From: Octopus sinensis
Lineage: Eukaryota
Assembly (NCBI RefSeq): GCF_006345805.1
Contig: NC_043014.1
Span: 42,532,001 to 42,596,000, forward strand
DNA: 64,000 nucleotides
Reading direction: 5' to 3'
Below are positions 39,062-51,592 of this stretch, one piece after another. Under the pieces are notes generated by a model. It was not told the DNA's origin, made no database searches, and was given only the letters and a program-made list of their open reading frames with translations. A program made the translations under genes and the position numbers. The stretch's first letter is position 1, and each line of letters begins with the position of its first letter.

Positions 39062-40121
39062 GGTTTCCTGTTTTGGCTTTTTAATTTAGAATTGATCAAC
39101 TGTAATATTCGTAGTAGAAGCTGTTGTGACAAATATGATTTTTAAACATTTTTTTTATAATAATGATTTCTTATGGTGAACACCCCACCTCCACCACTAC
39201 CACTGGTCCCAGTTTCTCAAATAGGCACAAATTTGGGGGAGAGTACTGCCAATTATGTCATACTTGTACTTGAGTGGTTGTTTGACCCTTTAGTGTTCAA
39301 ATTGCTCTGAGGAATATAAAGCTTATTTATCCACGTCGTTTTGAATTGATCATGTATTACCTCTTAGCTTCAAGATTTTGATGATGTCAATGTTTATTTT
39401 TAGAATGACATTGTTGGGTAAGTGGGAGAGGCCAAATATAGCTGTTCTGAACACAAACAGAATTTTTGAGCCAGATATAGCTGGTTTAATTATTAAATAT
39501 GCTCAGAAAAAGTGAAGGACAATGTAAACCTCTGTGGCTTTTGAAGCCAGGATGTAAAGAAATACAAGCCTATAAACGTTTTTTCACTTTACCTTTTCAT
39601 CTGAGAGAGAGAAAGAAAATGAAAGTTATAACTGAAGATCAAGCATTGGTTTGGTGACAAAAGATGAGATGCTATATGGTCGTATGAGATGAATTGAAGT
39701 TTAAAGCTCAATAAAACTGGACAAGGAGATAGATGGCTACAGTACATACAGTCTCTCAAACAACCATAGAGTGGGTTTATTAAAGACAATTGATAGTGAC
39801 ATAAGCAGTGTTAATACTAAAAAGCAATGACATACAATTAAAGTGAGAAGATTAAAACACTGTATGGGAGAAGAAAGAAAGGTAGATAGGTAATATACAT
39901 AAACAGCACTGATGTGGTTACGATGACAGGTTAAAGTTATGAAGGGAGGAAGGAAGCAAAGTAGTAACAGGTGGGGTTGTTGATGATGATGATGATGATA
40001 ATGATGATATATATATATATATATATATATATAACTAATGTAGGATAAAATTTTTTTTGGAAAAAAAATGTTATCAATGGCCTGCATATCAAAAAATACC
40101 TTTAAAGGTTAAATTTATAAA

Positions 40122-40417
40122 TAATTTACAAAATTAGGGTGAAAGAAAAATTCTAATGCCAAATATGCCAAAAAAAAGACAAAAATTGTCAATAACCATT
40201 ATAATTTATGTGTCTCGAAACAAACCGATAGAAATTTCTAAGAAATCCGTTATTACCGTATTGGTCCCAATTTCGGGGTTAATTCATAAGAATTTTCCCT
40301 TCTTCAGCGATAAATACGTGAGATATAAGTGAAATACTTATTCATACCCATGGAAAAAGCAAGCACTAAGTCCTCGGCATATTTGGCATTAGAATTTTTC
40401 TTTTGCCCTAATTTTGT

Positions 40418-40423
<6 letters not shown>
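40122..40423. mobile_element. MITE-like element (family K) with ~47-bp TIRs
   Basis: taatttacaaaattaggg..ttctaatgccaaatatgcc / ggcatatttggcattagaa..ccctaattttgtaaatta; related element at 54622-54827. Confidence 0.7.
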
Positions 40424-40461
<38 letters not shown>

Positions 40462-40462
40462 A

Positions 40463-40662
40463 ATTCTTAAACAAGAATGTTGACAGTGACTTCATAGTTT
40501 CAGCCAGCGAAGCCACCATCGGACTGCAGTTCATTAGAATTACCATTCCACTTAAACCCACATGCCAAAGGAAGATTTTAAACTCAACAGAGACTATATA
40601 AAAGCCAGGCTAATTCTAATGCATTGCAGTCCAATGATGGGTTAACATTCTTGTTTAAGAAT
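40463..40662. mobile_element. MITE with 19-bp perfect TIRs (related to family L)
   Basis: attcttaaacaagaatgtt (40463-40481) / aacattcttgtttaagaat (40644-40662), plus an inner inverted pair. Confidence 0.75.
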
Positions 40663-41526
40663 AAATTTGCACTCTTCAAAAGTACAGAGTAACCCATCAA
40701 ATTACTGTAACATTACTTTCGTTATAACTGAACATAAAAACAAACGTGTGAATGTGTGTGTATATATATATATATATAAATATAAATAAAAGTAAAAAGT
40801 AAAAGAGTTGAAAGGAAGAGTAAGTATGGTTAGGCAACTTTTTAATCACTACAAATGTTTCGATACATACAGATCCTTATATATACGGGATTTAAAGTTA
40901 AGTTTAAATTAAATTATGTAACAATTTACCTGTATAAGAAGATCTATATGTATCTCCTCAGGCAATACTCAATTGCTGTCTCTGTAAGTAAATCTAGATT
41001 TCCATTAGACAACATCCATAGCTTCTTTTTATTTTTTACTTTCACACACGAGGAATGCCTAAGAATACTATCGGCGATTTGGGAATTCTAACGGTGAACG
41101 AGCTCTATTTGTACTCTTATACATTCTTAACAGAACATACCTCAACTGATTTAATATCACCATCATCATCTTTTAACGTCCATTTTCCATGCTAGCATGG
41201 GTTGGACAGTTCGACCGGGGTCTGGGAAGCCAGAAGGCTGCACCAGGCTCCAGTCTGATCTGGCAGTGTTTCTACAGCTGGATGCCCTTCCTAACGCCAA
41301 CTACTCCATGAGTGTAATGGGTGCTTTTTACGTGCCACCGGCACAGGTGCCAGACGAGGCTGGCAATGGCCATGATCAGTTGGTGCTTTTTACGTGCCAC
41401 CGGCACTATATATAAATAAATGGAGTTTAACGCTGGTATAATTCAAATACTTCCGACACATGTTTCGAAGATTTCACTTTTATCATACATATGTATGTAT
41501 ATATATATATATATAATATATATATA

Positions 41527-42069
41527 CAGGGCTATTCAAAAAGAATGAACCAATTTCATTACGCAATATTTTAATAAGGAAAAGCAATAGAAAACTCCAG
41601 CAAAATCACAAGTATTTACTCACAATCAACTTTTATTTCCTGTCTTACAAGTGTTCAATGTGGCCACCACCTGCAGTACAGGCAACATCAATTCGATAAC
41701 AGAATTCCTCCCAGCATATCACGGTCCACTGAGTTGATCACTGTTGTTATTCGATGTTTAAGGCCATTGAGGTTAGTGGGTAGTGGTGGAACATAAACAC
41801 GGTCTTTCACATATCCTCACCACAAGAAAAAAATCACACATGGCGAGGTCTGGGAATCTCACAGGCCAAGCAGATACGTGTCTGGGAGGAATTCTCTTAT
41901 CACATTCATGTTGCCCGTGCTGCAGGTGGTGGCCACATTGATCACTTATAAGACAGGAAACAAAAGTTGATTGTGAGTAAATACTTGTGACTCAGCTGGT
42001 GTTTTCTATTGCTTTTCCTTATTAAAATATTGCGTAATGAAATCAGTCCATTCTTTTTGAATAACCCTG
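41527..42069 (-). mobile_element. Tc1/mariner-superfamily derivative with ~160-bp TIRs and a transposase C-terminal remnant
   Basis: TA|cagggctattcaaaaagaatg..cattctttttgaataaccctg. Minus strand 41868-41645 gives frameshifted WPVRFPDLAMCDFFL / GYVKDRVYVPPLP / GGGHIEHL*. Confidence 0.9.
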
Positions 42070-42083
42070 TGTATATATATTAT

Positions 42084-42448
42084 AGGCGCAGGAGTGGCTG
42101 TGTGGTAAGTAGCTTGCTAACCAACCACGCGGTTGCGGGTTCAGTCCCACTGCATGGCATCTTGGGCAAGTGTCTTCTGCTATAGTCCCGGGCCGACCAA
42201 TGCCTTGTGAGTGGATTTGGTAGACGGAAACTGAAAGAAGCCTGTCGTATATATGTATATATATGTGTGTGTGTGTTTGTGTGTCTGTGTTTGTCCCCCT
42301 AGCATTGCTTGACAACCGATGCTGGTGTGTTTACGTCCCCGTCACTTAGCGGTTCGGCAAAAAGAGACCGATAGAATAAGTACTAAAAGGTGGTGCTCCA
42401 GCATGGCCGCAGTCAAATGACTGAAACAAGTAAAAGAGAGTAAGAGTA
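42084..42448 (+). mobile_element. SINE A with an internal 3' deletion
   Basis: aataagtact joins directly to aaaaggtggtgctcc. Confidence 0.9.
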
Positions 42449-44745
42449 TATACATACACACGCACACACACACACATGTACTTCTTATCGCTTTTGACAT
42501 GACTTATAAACTCTATCAATTTTTTGAGCTTAATATTGAAATAGAAAATTTTACGCAGCAAACACACAATGATTAATTTTCACTTCAGAACCTTAGAACC
42601 AACTGTTGTTGTCAAATTGTCATCATAGCTATGCAAAGTCATTTGTTTCTCTGGCATGATTGAGTAGATCTCTTTTTTTTTTTTTTCTCAGCACCCAGCT
42701 GCTAACATCCAGTTCTCATTAACAAAAAAGAACAAAAAAATGTTTAGCAACTGACTTGCATGAACTAGGTCCAACCCACCACTGGACATCTCTAAATAAC
42801 TCTTTTCTATTCTAGGCACGAGGCCCAAAATTTTGGGGGAGGGAGCCAGTCGATTAGATAGACCTCCAGTACCCAACTGGTACTTAATTTATTGGCCCCA
42901 AAAGGATGAAAGGCAAAGTCGACCTCGGCAGAATTTGAACTCAGAATGTAAAGACAGACGAAATACTACTAAGCATTTCACCCAGCATGCTAATGCTTCT
43001 GCCAGCTTGCTGCCTTGGACATCTCTAAATACTGTACAACCAATAAAACCCCTCTGTGGTTGTTCAAGTTTACTAGAAATAGCAGTTAAAACTCTCTCAA
43101 ATTACTCCCTACAGATGCAAGCCTGGCTGTGTGGTAAGAAGTTTCCTTCCCAACTTCATGGTTCTGGGTTCAGTCCCACTGTGAAGCATCTTGGATAACT
43201 GTCTCTTACCAAAACCTTGAGCTGACCAAAAGCTTGTGAGTGGATTTGGTAGATGGAAACTAAAAGAAGCCTGTCGTATATATGTGTGTGTGTGTGTGTG
43301 TGTGTCTTTGTGTCTGTGTTTGTTCCCTTCCACTACTTGACAACTAGTGTTGGTTTGTTTACATCCCCATAACTTAGTAGTTCAGCAAAAAAAATGGATT
43401 GAGTAAGTATCAGGCCTAAAATGAGAAAGAAAAATAGGTCCTGGGGTTAATTGATTCGACTAAAAATTCCTCTAGGCAGTGCCCCGGCATGGCCGCAATC
43501 TAATGACTGAAACAAGTAAAAGATAGAATACGCCCTGTTGGGTAATAATAGTAATTTGTTCCTCGTAGATAGAAAAAAAAAATGGGGTGGTCACAGCTGG
43601 AATGCTTTTGATCAACAGCAACAACTAAATACTGCAAGGCACTTTACATTAGTAGCTAATAATGAAGATAATAATGAAGGTCAGAGATAAAATATGACAG
43701 CTAAATACCTTGGCCTGTAAGTTGTTTAATCAGCTAAGCTAATTACTTTGTCTGTATAATTATATTCTATTAGTTACTTTGTTCATTCAAGTCTCTCTCT
43801 TGAATATATTCATGAAATACTTGTTTGCCTCTCCCCCCCTCCATTTTTTTTCTCTTTTAAGTCTAATTTACTGTTATTTACTGTGTTTCTTTTGCTTCTG
43901 CTTTTTATTCTCCCCCCCCCCAACAATCTGGACTGTGTTGCAAATAATTCTTGTCTGTCTGTGTGTTTATTTTTGTGTAATACAAGGCAAACGGCATTCA
44001 GGACCCTGATAGAAAAAGGATTTTAGATATTGCTGCTATTTAGGCCACCCCCCCCAAAAACCAAATCCTTTCCCTGTCCCACACCCACCATCAGTTTTGC
44101 CTCCAGCATTCCTCTCAGCTCGTCATATTATTATGTCTAGCTAGCACCCCAGTGGTTTCCATGTCTACATCTCTCTTTCTTTAAGTATTCTTACCACACA
44201 GCAATTCATGATTATCTCTGATATGTGAAACCACCCCCCTATTGGTTCTAGTTACACTTAAGCCACAGCACTTTTATCATACAGGTACACTCATGGAGTG
44301 GTTGGCATTAGGAAGGGCATCCAGCTGTAGAAACACTGCCAGATCAGACTGGAGCCTGGTGCAGCCTCCTGGCTTCCCAGGCCCCGGTCGAACCGTCCAA
44401 CCCGTCCTAGCAGGGAAAACGGACGTTAAACGATGATGATGATGTACAACACTGAATTTCTGCACTAATTTACAAGCAGGAACTTCAAACTCTCATGCCC
44501 TCCAGATAAGTTTACTGATATCTTGTTCAGTATGATATTAATAAACTTGTATTGTTTATATTAATGTGCAGGTACCTGTATTACATTCAGTTATTAAAGC
44601 AGAATTAATATTAGTTTGATTTATAATGTGTTGGTCAAGGGGACCTTCCCTGGCTTGGGAAAATCACAATGGGTAATCCAGAAAGGGCTTTGAAACCAAA
44701 ACTTCCTGAAGATCAGTATAGAATATAATATATTTATATTATTAA

Positions 44746-44964
44746 CCCTTTAACATTCAGATTAATCTGTCAATGTAAAGCCTGTTTAATTACATTGTTT
44801 TAAATTAATTGTACAGCATCTTGTAATTCTGAGATTTTGATGATGTCCTTGTTTATTTTTAGAATGACTTTGTAGGGTAGGTGTGAGAGGTCAGAGCTGG
44901 TTAGCTTGAGCATAAAACAGGAAGACAATTTTGGCCTGATATGGCCGGTTTAAACACTAAAGGG
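44746..44964. mobile_element. MITE E, intact
   Basis: TTAA|ccctttaacattc ... cactaaaggg|TTAA. Confidence 0.9.
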
Positions 44965-45370
44965 TTAAACCTGTCTAGGGTGGTGAGCTGGCAGAATCGT
45001 TAGCACACCAGGTAAAATACTTAGTGGCATTTCGTCCGGCTTTACATTCCAAGTTCAAATCCTACTGAGGTCGACTTTGTCTTTCATCCTTTCAGTGTCA
45101 ATAAATTAAGTCCCAGTCAAGCACTGAGGTCGATCAGATCAACTGTCACTCTCTCTTCAAAATTCCCGGCCTTATGTTTATAGTAGAAAGGATTATTAAA
45201 CCTGTCTGTCAGTCTGTCTTTTCTTCGCTTCACAAGTACTTTAGGTGGAGGAATTCTGTTATAGAACACTTTTGCAAATGTGACTAGCTTGACCTATTAG
45301 AAATAGCAGCTACATTTCTTTCAAATCATATTCTGTCATGTTTTGAAGTTGGTGGAATGGGCACCATTAA

Positions 45371-45590
45371 CCCTTTTGTTACCAACCCGGCTGAGACCGG
45401 CTCTGGCTCTGAGTACAAATGTCTTATTTTCATAAGTTTTGAATTAAAATCTTCCACCAAACCTTAGTCACAATTTACGTTCCTAATACTAGCTGAATGA
45501 TAACTAAGTTATTTTACTAAATTCTTTGTTACTTTTAAAGTAATTGAAAGAAACACTGAGCATCTCAAAATAAATACGGTAACAAAAGGG
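45371..45590. mobile_element. MITE G, intact
   Basis: TTAA|cccttttgttacc ... ggtaacaaaaggg|TTAA. Confidence 0.92.
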
Positions 45591-46071
45591 TTAAATAAAG
45601 CAGACAGAGTACATAACGACTACAAAAAAAAAAGGGTACCAAAAGTGGTATGGCCACAGCTTGTCTTTGATCATACTCAATCAGGACTGACCTGGGGCTA
45701 AACAACAACTTATATATGAACTCGGAATAATAGAATAAAAAGCATTATTTCAATAAAATAAAGCGAGTGATTATTCAAATTATAAATAAATTTATCTTGT
45801 TAAGACCAGGCGACACTGGAAGCACCTGTTTTCCTTTCCTTACCGTTGCCAAAGCTGAGAGGCATTATGATAATTGATTAAATATGCGAGTCGTTAGGAA
45901 ATCCATCAGAGACATTAGTTGTTGCTTGTTATTCAGCACCAGTCGTGATTGTCCATCAAACGAACGATAGTCGTCTAGGCAGAGAGCCTTGTGAGAAAAC
46001 GGTAATTATGCAATTCACAATGTAACCATCAAAATAAAATAACAGCTGTTGCTGTGTAGATGCTGGCATAG

Positions 46072-46373
46072 TTGTGTGGATTCAGACCTTGCTTTGTAAC
46101 CACGTATTTTAGTGTTCCATCCCACAGTGTGTCCCCTTGGGCAAGCATTTGCCTTGTCAGTGAAATTGGTAGATGGTAACTATAAGGAAGCCCATGTGTG
46201 TGGGTGAGTGGTTGTATGCATTGTGTGGATTCAGACCTTGCTTTGTAACCACGAATCTTAGTGTTCCATCTCACAGTGTGTCCCCTTGGGCAAGCTTTTG
46301 CCTTGTCAGTGAAATTGGTAGATGGTAACTATATAAGGAAGCCCATGTGTGTAGATGAGTGGTTGTATGCATT
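46072..46373 (+). repeat. Tandem duplication (period about 149) of an old SINE A-like 5' half
   Basis: ttgtgtggattcagacc at 46072 and 46221; contains cccttgggcaag..attggtagatggtaact..ggaagccc. Confidence 0.85.
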
Positions 46374-46410
46374 CCGTGTCTTTGCATAGCACTAAGCAAA
46401 GCAGTGATGT

Positions 46411-46804
46411 TACTCTCTTTTACTTGTTTCAGTCATTTGACTGTGGCCATACTGGAGCACCGCCTTTTAGTCGAGCAAATCAACCCCAGGACTTATTCTT
46501 TGTAAGCTTAATACTTATTCTATCGGTCTCATTTGCTGAACCGCTAAGTTACGGGGACGTAAACACACCAGCATCGATTGTCAAGCGATGTTGGGGGGAC
46601 AAACACAGACACACAAACATATACACATACACATACATATATATATATATATACATATATACGACGGGCTTCTTTCAGTTTCCGTCTACCAAATCCACTC
46701 ACAAGGCTTTGGTCGGCCCGAGGCTATAGTAGAAGACACTTGCCCAAGGTGCCATACAGTGGGACTGAACCTGGAACCATGTGGTTCGTAAGCAAGCTAC
46801 TTAC
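46411..46804 (-). mobile_element. SINE A, near full length
   Basis: Reverse complement of the family A pattern. Confidence 0.9.
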
Positions 46805-46840
46805 GCCCTGTTGTTTACATTTCCTATAAACATTGTCTTA

Positions 46841-47274
46841 TATACCTATGTCTGTCCTTGTTTGTCCCCTCTATGTTTAGCCCCTTGTGGGTAATAAAGA
46901 AATAGGTATTTCGTCTGCCATTACATTCTGAGTTCAAATTCTGCTGAGGTCGACTTTGCCATTCATCCTTTCAGGGTCGATAAATTAAGTACCAGTTACG
47001 CACTGGGGTCGATATACTCGGCTAAATACCTATATCTGTCCTTGTTTGTCCCCTCTATGTTTAGCCCCTTGTGAGTAATAAAGGAATAGGTATTTCGTCA
47101 GCCATTACGTTCTGAGTTCAAATTCTGCCGAGGTCGACTTTGCTTTTCATCCTTTCAGGGTCGATAAATTAAGTACCAGTTACGCACTGGGGTCGATGTA
47201 ATCGGCTTAATACCTATGTCTGTCCTTGTTTGTCCCCTCTATGTTTTGCCCCTTGTGGGTAATAAAGAAATAGG
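46841..47274 (+). mobile_element. SINE C head-to-tail array with 184-bp units
   Basis: Units start at 46907 and 47091 after aatagg|tatttcgtc. Confidence 0.92.
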
Positions 47275-48731
47275 TTGTTGTTTTGGTAACTTTTTCTGGT
47301 GTTGTTCACCCATGCAGCTGTAACGTAGGTGTGAGTGAACGGTTTCTGAGTTTAAATTTAATCAAAAATCACTTTTAACCTTTTAGTAATTTCTCTTGGA
47401 TTGTTTGCTAAAATGATATTCAATTATAAACACCGTGTTCAGTTCAGTTACCATTTTTCTTTTTCTTTTTTTTCCTTTTTTTTGTTGTTGTTGTTTTGTT
47501 TCTGATTCCATTAATTAGCAGAGGTCATTTACAAATTTGAATTCATTTTATACAATGTAAACACTGTTTAAAAGCTATGAAAAATGGTCGTGAGCATTGC
47601 ATAGAAACCATCAAATTGTATTCTCTGTATCACTGGAATGCCAGACTCTTGTCAGATTATTTTATTACAGAACTGGAAATGTGTTTAGAACATGCTGTTA
47701 ATGTTTTTTGTAAGGAAAAGGTTAAAAATCTAGCCAGAAGCAATCATCGTCAGAATTTTCAAACTACTTGACAAATTTAAATAAATAAGTCGTAGGTTGT
47801 AGGCTGCATTCTGAGCAAAAATCTTATTAATGTCATTTTTATCTTCTTTCCCTCCGGGGTTGATAAAATAAGATAATTTTTCAGACTGTTAACCTTGTCT
47901 TTACAAGATGAATTTTTTTTTTTTGTAATGTTTTTTAAAAATTTTTTTTGCTTGTTTTATATATTTACAACAATACTGTTTTTGAGTTGCTTTGATCTCT
48001 GATTCTGATAGATGGCGTAATTTCTTGTACTGGAAGGTATTTCAAACTAGGAACCTTTATTTCTAAATTAAGAGTGATAATGTTCTTAATCAAAAATGAG
48101 GTTTGCAGCCAGGAAAATGGTAATCATATTAACGACAAAGCGATTCAGACATTTAGATATTGAATCTAGTGTGTGTTTTTTTCCTTTTTTTTTTTTTTTT
48201 TTGAAATAAAACTTCATTAATGTTTAATAAGAATCTTGATGTGTGTGTATATGTGTGTGTTTTAAGAGGTTGTTTTCTTATGAATAAATTGCCAGTAATT
48301 TAATGTAGTTGACAATTTGAGTACACTTGTAAAATCTCTTCTGTGAAACTTCACTGATAGTAAAACATGGCAATATACATGTGTCATAGTAAGTCTAATC
48401 CTCAATTTAAATATATTAACATATTTCTGACCGACGGCCTTTGCTCGTCTTTACTTACTCTTATAACAATAATCGTATGCAGCAACACTGCACTTCAAAC
48501 GTATCAGTAAATAAATTTGTTTTTTAATTGTTATCATTCATTAATGAAAACATCGCTGCAATATCGACTAACGTGATGGACTCCGCGTCTACTCAGAATC
48601 AATAAAATCTTGACATTACTTAGCCTGTCGGTGTTTATAGATGGCTCTGAAATATTCTAATTATTTTTATCAAAGTCCAAACACTCTTTTATTAAATCAT
48701 TAATAAATGATATCACTGAATCCTAACTTAC

Positions 48732-48758
48732 CGCTTGAGATTATAAACTGCTATTACA
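48732..48758 (-). CDS. Candidate 27-bp micro-exon, phase 2-2
   Basis: Strong pyrimidine tract plus AAG acceptor, CG|GTAAGT donor, frame VIAVYNLK. Confidence 0.2.
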
Positions 48759-48895
48759 CTTGAAAATTGAAAGAAGGAAAAAAAATCTGGAGAAATTTGC
48801 TCTATAAAAGATAAGCAAACATGCATGGTGCAAACAAGTTTTTTTGGGGGGTTTTTTTTCTTTTTTTTTTGTGAGTGGAGGGCAGAAAGTTTTTG

Positions 48896-49309
48896 GGATC
48901 TTTTCGGTTTGAACTTGTCACCCATTGTCACCCATAATTATGACCCTAGAATCGATCTATTGCATTTCAATCTGTTTTAGGGTTAGGGTTAGTTAGGGTT
49001 AGCGTTAGAGGTGGGGGGGAAGGGTATCCTTTTTTCTTCACAAATGTAAATAAACCCAATCTGTTTCTTAAACGAGGGACATATTCATACGGCACAGAAT
49101 GTTTTTTAACTCAATGGACGTCATCGATTGGTTGAAATTGCAGAAATTGAAGAAAAAAAACAGCAAATATCTTACAAACTATAGAATTTTCTCAATAAAG
49201 CCAAAAGAAAAAGATGTTTTATAAACACATTCTACCAGTATATGAAGTTTAAAATTTTTTAGTTACTTAGAAATTATGTTAAAAACTGCCGTTCAAACCG
49301 AAAAGATCC
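48896..49309. mobile_element. MITE with perfect 19-bp TIRs and internal telomere-type repeats
   Basis: GGATCTTTTCGGTTTGAAC / GTTCAAACCGAAAAGATCC; flanks agtttttg and agtttttt (possible 8-bp TSD); ttagggttagggttagttagggttag at about 48976-49001. Confidence 0.88.
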
Positions 49310-49877
49310 AGTTTTTTCTAAAATAATGTTAAACTTTGTATCTTGCACAGAATAGTGCTTAATTCCTATTTTTCTTTTTCTTTTTTTTTTTCTGACCCTA
49401 AAAGACAACAATAGTATTTGAACTGTTGTACAGGTCTTGAAGAGTTAATGATCAATACGGATGATAACAAAATGAAAATAGCATAATTCTTGTTATCAGT
49501 ACAATGCCAAATACTAAACATTAACTGGATTCATTCTTTCACTTTATGGTTTACATTAAGCAATAAATAACTACTTCTATCCCAGAAAAAAAAAATACTA
49601 AATTAATTCTGCTAAACATTAGAGGCAAAGGGAAGATATTCGTCATGTGAATAATACAGAATAGCATATTAATGACAGGAAAAAAGTTAGACCTCATTTC
49701 TGACTCAGGAATTTAAAGTACAAAGATGTTCATCATCATTTCAGTCTATGGTAACATCCTTTGGCTGTTGATCAGAGGTGGGACCTGGCCCTGTAGTACA
49801 ATAATTGTATTGTTACAACCAGGGCAAAACCTTGCAGGTTTTAATGAACTTCCTTGGTGAAAGCATTTAACCTTTAA

Positions 49878-50185
49878 CCCCTTACCCGGCAGAAACGAAT
49901 ATATGCGTTTTGACCGAAATCGTTTTTTTCCATCTCTGGCGAGTTAACTCATCAAAAGATAGACTCGTCAAAATCGACAGCAAACGAGTTCCTTCGTCTA
50001 AAAACGGGTTAACTCGTTTCTGCCCAATGCCTTAATTTAAAATCAATATTATTGAATTAAAATTCATAATAAATAAGGTTTGAAATATACCTCGAAATCA
50101 CCATTCAAAACATAGTAAAATAAAACAATTAAAAAATATGTCTGAAAAAATACATTTATTTTCAAAATAATTGTTGGGTAAGGGG
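49878..50185. mobile_element. piggyBac-like MITE inserted in the terminus of a MITE E
   Basis: TTAA|CCCCTTACCC ... GGGTAAGGGG|TTAA. Confidence 0.9.
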
Positions 50186-50284
50186 TTAATTGTTCAGGTT
50201 ATTCTGTCAAATGTAATGCTTATTTATTCGAGTTGTTTAAAATTTACCATGCATCATCTTGTAGCTTTGAGGTTTTGATGATGT

Positions 50285-50709
50285 CGTTGCTTCACATGAG
50301 CTGCTGCGCTTGTGGGGACCTATTGAGTCAAGTGCATCAATATCAAAATGAATATCAAATGGAAATAGCAGTTGTGATACCTGTGCCGGTGGCACGTAAA
50401 AAGCACCATCCGAACGTGGCCGATGCCAGCGCCACCTTGACTGGCTTCTGTGCCGGTGGCATGTAAAAAGCACCAACCGATCGTGGCCGCTGCCAGCCTC
50501 CCCTGGCACCTGTGCCGGTGGCACGTAAAAAGCACCCACTACGCTCACGGAGTGGTTGGCGTTAGGAAGGGCATCCAGCTGTAGAAACACTGCCAGATCA
50601 GACTGGAGCCTGGTGCAGCCTCCTGGCTTCGCAGACCCCAGTCGAACCGTCCAACCCATGCTAGCACAGAAAACGGATGTTAAACGATGATGATGATGAT
50701 GATGATGAT
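50285..50709 (+). mobile_element. Family B element with the longest 5' extension seen, nested in MITE E
   Basis: E sequence flanks it and ends at about 50792 with aaaggg|TTAA. Confidence 0.85.
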
Positions 50710-50998
50710 ATTGTAGGGTAGATGTGAGAGGCCAGATTTAGCCAGTTTGAACATAAAACTGGTCGGATGTGGCTGGTTTAAAGGCTAAAGGGTTAACTAT
50801 CAACAAACTGTACACTATGTATTGAACAATACCTTCCTCTTTCATTTACAAACAGATATGTATACCTACCTATCTCTTTCATCAACTGTCTCTCCCTTGC
50901 TCTCTCTCTCTCTCTCTCTCTCTGTGTACATATATATTTGCCATTAGTCTTTGGGGTTTAGTGGCATTGCTAAAATATTTCATTTTCAGGAAGATATT

Positions 50999-51592
50999 AT
51001 ATTTCTTTACTACCCACAAGGGTCTAAACACAGAGGGGACAAACAAGGACAGATAAACGAATTAAGTCGATTACATCGACCCCAGTGCGTAACTGGTACT
51101 TAATTTATCGACCTCCAAAAGGATGAAAGGCAAAGTCGACCTCGGCGGAATTTGAACTCAGAACATAGCGTCAGATGAAATACCTATTTCTTTACTACCC
51201 ACAAGGGGCTAAACACAGAGAGGACAGACAAATGGATTAAGTCGATTACATCGACCCTAGTGCGTAGCTGGTACTTATTTAATCGACCCCCGAAAGGATG
51301 AAAGGCAAAGTCGACCTCGGCGGAATTTGAACTCAGAACGTAGCGGCAGACGAAATACCTATTTCTTTACTACCCACAAGGGGCTTAACACAGAGCGGAC
51401 AAACAAGGACAGATAAACGAATTAAGTCGATTACATCGACCCAGTGCGTAACTGGTACTTAATTTATCGACCCCGAAAGGATGAAAGGCAAAGTCGACCT
51501 TGGCGGAATTTGAACTCAGAACGTAACCACAGACGAAATACAGCTACGCATTTCGCCCGGCGTGCTAACGTTTCTGCCAGCTCGCCGCCTTC
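50999..51592 (-). mobile_element. SINE C trimer: one head, three bodies
   Basis: Junction gaaatacctatttc at about 51177-51190 and 51354-51367; head at 51540-51592. Confidence 0.92.
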
